Below, piece by piece: positions 38,616 through 42,102 of a stretch of DNA of 42,102 bases. How positions within the stretch are numbered: the first letter of the stretch is position 1; each line of letters starts with the position of its first letter. The notes beneath the pieces were generated by a model, which ran no database searches, was not told where the DNA came from, and saw only the letters and a program-made list of their open reading frames with translations. The DNA comes from a virus (taxonomy: Duplodnaviria; Caudoviricetes): the IMG/VR virus record IMGVR_UViG_3300025848_000068, positions 1 to 42,102 of that record; one strand, 5' to 3'. The translations under genes were made by a program, and so were the position numbers.

Positions 38616-39344
38616 TTACACTTCCCACACGCCGGAAAACGCCATCCCATGCCCGCGAATCAGGATATCCACGTTCCCGGACGTCCCGTTGCACGCGTGG
38701 CATTCCGCGCACGTCGCGACGTGGCCACGCTCCGCGGAGGCGGGGCACCGCGTCTCGCCCTCGGGGGTGTCGTCAAACGGTCCCGTCGCGACGCGGAACG
38801 TCCGCCACCCCGCCTCCCGTGCGTCGTCCCGCTCGGAGAGAGAATCGACCGACGCCATAACATAGGGGCGCAGGCCCGCGGCATCCGCGGACCGCCACGC
38901 GTGGGTGTAACCCGTCCACGCCATGCCGGCATTCCGGCACGCGGTCACGAGCGCGGACCACAAGCCAACCGGAACGGCGGCGGGATCCCCGACCGCACCG
39001 ATTCGGAACAAACGCGCCCCGCGACGTGCTGCCCGCATCATGAAATCCCCGTAACCTTCCGGCGAGAGGGTGCCGTATGCGCCGCGGTTCCACGCGTTGA
39101 ACATAGACGCGGGGGCCTGAAAATACTTCACGTAGCAATCCCCCTGTTCCAACCGTTCACAACTGCCCGGGCAGTTAGCGGGGGCTCCGGTCTGATAGGC
39201 GGTCACGGGGTGGGTGTCCGCGTCCAAAATCCACGCTTGGACGGAGGCCCCGGTTTTGGTGTTCCCGGTCGAGAGGTTCAACAGGACGACAACGTTTCCC
39301 CGAGCGACCCGAGAGGGTCCCCGGTACACTTCCACGGTTTTCAT
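38616..39344 (-). CDS. Cys-rich putative Fe-S protein (gp88/DUF7227-like)
   Basis: N.KTG, CPGSC-x6-CY, R.GAVGD, WTGYTH, CPA...TCAECHAC...HG. Confidence 0.65.
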   Translation of the reverse strand: MKTVEVYRGPSRVARGNVVVLLNLSTGNTKTGASVQAWILDADTHPVTAYQTGAPANCPGSCERLEQGDCYVKYFQAPASMFNAWNRGAYGTLSPEGYGDFMMRAARRGARLFRIGAVGDPAAVPVGLWSALVTACRNAGMAWTGYTHAWRSADAAGLRPYVMASVDSLSERDDAREAGWRTFRVATGPFDDTPEGETRCPASAERGHVATCAECHACNGTSGNVDILIRGHGMAFSGVWEV

Positions 39345-39376
39345 GTCCTAACCTTTCCGGCGCGTGTCACGCGCCA

Positions 39377-39436
39377 ACGGGGCCGGGGGAGTTGAACCAC
39401 CCGGGGCGGGAATCCCGCCCGAAACCGTCGCCCCAT
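39377..39436 (-). ncRNA. tRNA-like minihelix element
   Basis: ATGGGGC / GCCCCGT stem; internal GGGCGGG-ATT-CCCGCCC arm; CGGG(T)GG-TTCAACT-CCCCCG T-arm. Confidence 0.6.
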
Positions 39437-39440
39437 GCCG

Positions 39441-39737
39441 TCACGCGTTCCGGTGAGCGTATGCCCTTTCGTACAGGTCCCGGGCGTTGGCTACCGACGT
39501 TTCCGTAAAGTATTGCGGCCACGTCAAAACCACACCCACCCATGACGAATCCTCTTCGAACGCGTGCGGGTGGGATTTCAGGAATGCCGTAGCCCGATAC
39601 TTCGCGGGCATTTCGGCCAATCTTTCATCGGAAATCAGAAATCCCCCGTGCGACGGGGTGGACACGAAATCGATCCCCGGCGCGAAGTTTTGCCGACACT
39701 CGATTTTCCCCCACGGGCAGCGGTTGGAATCGTTCAC
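39441..39737 (-). CDS. DUF7007-like early protein
   Basis: PWG...APGI.FVSTPSHGGF..S.ER...FEED..W. Confidence 0.75.
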   Translation of the reverse strand: MNDSNRCPWGKIECRQNFAPGIDFVSTPSHGGFLISDERLAEMPAKYRATAFLKSHPHAFEEDSSWVGVVLTWPQYFTETSVANARDLYERAYAHRNA

Positions 39738-39970
39738 GCGTCACCGCCTTTCGTCGAAACGGTGCCCGCGGTGCGCCCGAAACGCATTCCCAAGATGAAA
39801 GCGCGGCATTCCGGGACGGTCCCCGTAAAAATCCCCGTTCCGTCGAAGTAGTCGGCCCCGGGTTGGGCGTGGACCCGGTATTTTGGATTGTCCCCCGGGT
39901 TGTAGTACGTCACCCCAACCGAACATTCCGCCGCAAGGGCGCGCAAGTCTGTACGCGTAAAACGTGCCAT
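39734..39970 (-). CDS. Early hypothetical protein
   Basis: GGAAAGG SD; 78 aa. Confidence 0.7.
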   Translation of the reverse strand: MARFTRTDLRALAAECSVGVTYYNPGDNPKYRVHAQPGADYFDGTGIFTGTVPECRAFILGMRFGRTAGTVSTKGGDA

Positions 39971-40081
39971 GCCGTAACCTTTCCGCCCCGCATCGGGGCC
40001 TTAAATCCCGCGTCGCCACCCGGGGCAACGCGTCCTAAAATGCCCCCGGAACCGTCCGGGGGAATCCGTTTCGCACCTAAA

Positions 40082-40132
40082 TGCCCGTCGGGGAGTCGAA
40101 CCCCGAACCCTTGCGCGCGGTCCGCCCGGGCA
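40082..40132 (-). ncRNA. tRNA-like minihelix element
   Basis: TGCCCG / CGGGCA stem stacked on TCGGGG-TTCGACT-CCCCGA, a canonical T-loop. Confidence 0.65.
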
Positions 40133-40141
40133 CGTGGGAAC

Positions 40142-40747
40142 CTAGTCCCCGTCCCGGTCCGCGTATGCGTCCGCGTCCGCTTCCGATTCCGCGTGCGGGT
40201 CCCCGTTCCTTTCCGCTTCCTCTGCCGCCCGGGCCTGTTCGGCAATGTCCCCCGCGACGCACCATAGGAACCGCCCCGCTAGGGTTTCGGAGTCCGCGTC
40301 GGCTAGGTCCGTCCATGCCCCAACCCCTAACAGGTAGGAAATCATTTCTTCCCGGGTAAAGGTTTTCAAAATATCCCGAACGTGCGGATTCCGTAACGCG
40401 TCGGCGACGTTGTCGTCCTGCGGTCCCGGTCCCGAAATCATTTCGACCACGTGGGACGGAAGGTAAACCGGACGCAAGCGGGGGACTAAGGAGACATACC
40501 CCATGGCAAGTCCCGGGAACGTCACGCGGACCGAAATGCAACTCCCCCGCGGGGAGTTAAATGGGAAATCCGGTTCCCCGAAATAGGGGTCCGCGTCGGA
40601 ATAGGTCACAACGTAGGTTCCCGCCCATTCCGGGATCCCGTCCGTCACGTACCTATGAAAACCGTCCGCAAACGCGTCCCCGGTTTCGGGGTATTCAATC
40701 CGCGGGGCATCGTCGGCGAAGATTTCGACGTCTAAAAAATGGTTCAC
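40142..40747 (-). CDS. Early acidic hypothetical protein
   Basis: GTG 40747 with GGAAAGGTTAGG SD; 201 aa. Confidence 0.7.
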   Translation of the reverse strand: MNHFLDVEIFADDAPRIEYPETGDAFADGFHRYVTDGIPEWAGTYVVTYSDADPYFGEPDFPFNSPRGSCISVRVTFPGLAMGYVSLVPRLRPVYLPSHVVEMISGPGPQDDNVADALRNPHVRDILKTFTREEMISYLLGVGAWTDLADADSETLAGRFLWCVAGDIAEQARAAEEAERNGDPHAESEADADAYADRDGD

Positions 40748-40778
40748 GCTACCTAACCTTTCCTCCCCGTTTCGGGGA

Positions 40779-40828
40779 ATGGGGCGGGGGGGGCCTTGCA
40801 CCCCCCGGGACGCGTAACGTCCGCCCAT
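40779..40828 (-). ncRNA. tRNA-like minihelix element
   Basis: GGGCGG / CCGCCC stem stacked on GGGGGG-TGCAAGG-CCCCCC; the 3' side reads ...CCCA. Confidence 0.55.
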
Positions 40829-40836
40829 GTCGGGAC

Positions 40837-40908
40837 CTAGTCGCGACGTAAAATCAGGGCGAGAAGCCCCAAGCCCGCAAGAATCCCAAGGGTAACGGGA
40901 ATCAGCAT
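40837..40908 (-). CDS. 23-aa membrane peptide
   Basis: MLIPVTLGILAGLGLLALILRRD; purine-rich SD; start overlaps the previous stop. Confidence 0.5.
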   Translation of the reverse strand: MLIPVTLGILAGLGLLALILRRD

Positions 40909-41036
40909 TTCCGCTCTCTTTCCGCGTTTCGGCACGTCACGTACAAATAGGCCCCGCCCAAAATCAGGATGAGCCCCGCCCCAAGTGTGGCCACCATGAA
41001 AAGGAACGCTACGGCGACGAAATGGGCAATGGTCAC
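40902..41036 (-). CDS. 44-aa membrane peptide
   Basis: GTGA coupling; MTIAHFVAVAFLFMVATLGAGLILILGGAYLYVTCRNAERERKC. Confidence 0.55.
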   Translation of the reverse strand: MTIAHFVAVAFLFMVATLGAGLILILGGAYLYVTCRNAERERKC

Positions 41037-41227
41037 GCGTCCCCCCAAGGTTCGATTGAAAACCTGTAGAGGTTATGGGGGGAGACGTCGAAATCGTCCC
41101 GATGTTCGGCGACGTAGTCCCGACATTCGGCGAACGTGCCGACGTACTCCGGTTCTTGAGAATCGGGGAGACAACCAACGCACGCGTACCACACTGCGAA
41201 CATCTCGGGTTTCGTTTCGTGGTCCAT
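41033..41227 (-). CDS. Early hypothetical protein
   Basis: AGAAAGG SD; GCLPDS...GTFAEC motif. Confidence 0.7.
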   Translation of the reverse strand: MDHETKPEMFAVWYACVGCLPDSQEPEYVGTFAECRDYVAEHRDDFDVSPHNLYRFSIEPWGDA

Positions 41228-41236
41228 TTCTGACTA

Positions 41237-41310
41237 CCTTTCTCGGGAATCGTCCCGGAATCCACCCCCGCCCATGTCGAGCGGGGGAGGGGTCCGAACG
41301 TTTCACGCGT
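41237..41310 (-). repeat. Intergenic repeat, copy 1 (23-nt and 18-nt constant flanks around a hairpin)
   Basis: CCTTTCTCGGGAATCGTCCCGGA (41237-41259), 33 nt, TCCGAACGTTTCACGCGT (41293-41310). Confidence 0.9.
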
Positions 41311-41635
41311 TTTGAGTGTGGAGTCGATATCGGCGGACCGCTTCCCGACAGAGTTTCACGATGCGGACCGGGACGCGGACCCCCCCGAGAAAGGTTCCAT
41401 TTTCGGCGACATGGTAGACCGTCGCATCTTCCATATCGTGGACGCGGAACGCGTCGCCCGTGCGTTTCTCCAAAACTACGGTCCATTCCGGACCCTCCAT
41501 TTTCGCGACCGTCAACGCCGCTTCAATCCCGCAGAGCGTGACGGGGAAATCGGATCCTTCCCCCCGATTTTCGTAGAAACCTTCGGCGTCCTGTTTTACG
41601 GTCCACACGCCGTAGGTGGTGGTCTTTCTTTTCAT
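41303..41635 (-). CDS. Early hypothetical protein
   Basis: AGAAAGGCTAGG SD; 110 aa. Confidence 0.7.
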   Translation of the reverse strand: MKRKTTTYGVWTVKQDAEGFYENRGEGSDFPVTLCGIEAALTVAKMEGPEWTVVLEKRTGDAFRVHDMEDATVYHVAENGTFLGGVRVPVRIVKLCREAVRRYRLHTQNA

Positions 41636-41642
41636 GTCCTAG

Positions 41643-41715
41643 CCTTTCTCGGGAATCGTCCCGGACCTCCCTCCCGTCCGTTTCGACGGGAGGGAAATCC
41701 GAACGTTTCACGCGT
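41643..41715 (-). repeat. Intergenic repeat, copy 2
   Basis: Same 23-nt (41643-41665) and 18-nt (41698-41715) flanks around a 32-nt hairpin. Confidence 0.9.
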
Positions 41716-41893
41716 CCGGATCGGGGCGAATGTCGATTTCCGGAACCGACACCATATCGACCGCGTGAAGGTTTTCGACGTCCCGACACGTAGCGCGAAA
41801 CATTTCGTACAAACGCATGCGGACCGTCTCGGGATCATATCCCGGAGCCAAAACCACCGAATACGAAATAGAAACCGCTTGGCGACGTTTCAT
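41708..41893 (-). CDS. First early gene, hypothetical protein
   Basis: ATG 41893 after GGAAAGGCTAGG; 61 aa. Confidence 0.65.
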   Translation of the reverse strand: MKRRQAVSISYSVVLAPGYDPETVRMRLYEMFRATCRDVENLHAVDMVSVPEIDIRPDPDA

Positions 41894-42102
41894 TTTTCCT
41901 AGCCTTTCCGCGGGGATTTCCCCGACGCGTTGAGATTGTCCCATGATCGGCGCGGCGTGTCAAGTCCGTTTAGAAAATATTTTGACAAGGCGGGAACGGG
42001 GGAGGGGGTGAACGTCGGCACCCCGACCGACCGGGACGGACGGACCGCCCCCCCCCGACGTCGCGACATGGGACGGGACCGACCGACGGACGGACCGACG
42101 GA
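41841..42102. repeat. Terminal direct repeat / circular overlap, copy 2
   Basis: Matches 1-263 with two differences. Confidence 0.95.

Noticed and set aside
40082-40132. Canonical tRNA gene
   Set aside because: Only 51 nt, with no proper D arm or 7-nt anticodon loop; kept as tRNA-like.
41237-41715. Mini-CRISPR array (constant flanks around 32-33 nt cores)
   Set aside because: The two flanks differ from each other, the cores are self-complementary hairpins, the units are separated by a gene, and there are no cas genes.
39344-41893. Integron with attC sites
   Set aside because: No tyrosine recombinase and no consistent RYYYAAC...GTTRRRY core sites.
888-41893. Stop-codon reassignment
   Set aside because: TAA, TAG and TGA all end well-coupled genes, and the core genes are intact in the standard code.

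Overview
The window appears to be one complete ~41.84 kb genome of an uncultured tailed phage with podovirus-like gene order. Bases 1-263 recur at 41841-42102 with two differences. The + strand late arm (888-30487) holds a putative TerS, TerL, portal, scaffold, major capsid, decoration protein, adaptor, a nozzle with LamG-like inserts, a collagen tail fibre, a low-GC tail-tip module, a GNAT-fold protein, ejection proteins, a holin/lipoprotein cassette with no recognisable endolysin, and a 1021-aa polyvalent-type protein. The middle region (30484-37212) holds YqaJ/RecT, an HTH regulator with a divergent promoter pair, a possible replication initiator and RusA. I recognise no integrase, helicase, primase or polymerase. 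The - strand early arm (37454-41893) is the most unusual part. One near-consensus sigma70 promoter precedes about 13 small genes in DNA of distinct composition (CAG/CTG depleted). Many of these genes end in the same ACGCGTGA or GACTAGGT sequence. They are separated by structured RNA spacers, including three 50-60 nt tRNA-like minihelices (acceptor-like stem plus T-arm) and two repeat-flanked covarying hairpins, each followed by a small hairpin and a GAAAGG ribosome-binding site. I propose this as a tRNA-mimic-punctuated, cassette-like early operon (inference). All calls come from reading motifs and synteny by eye; no searches were run.
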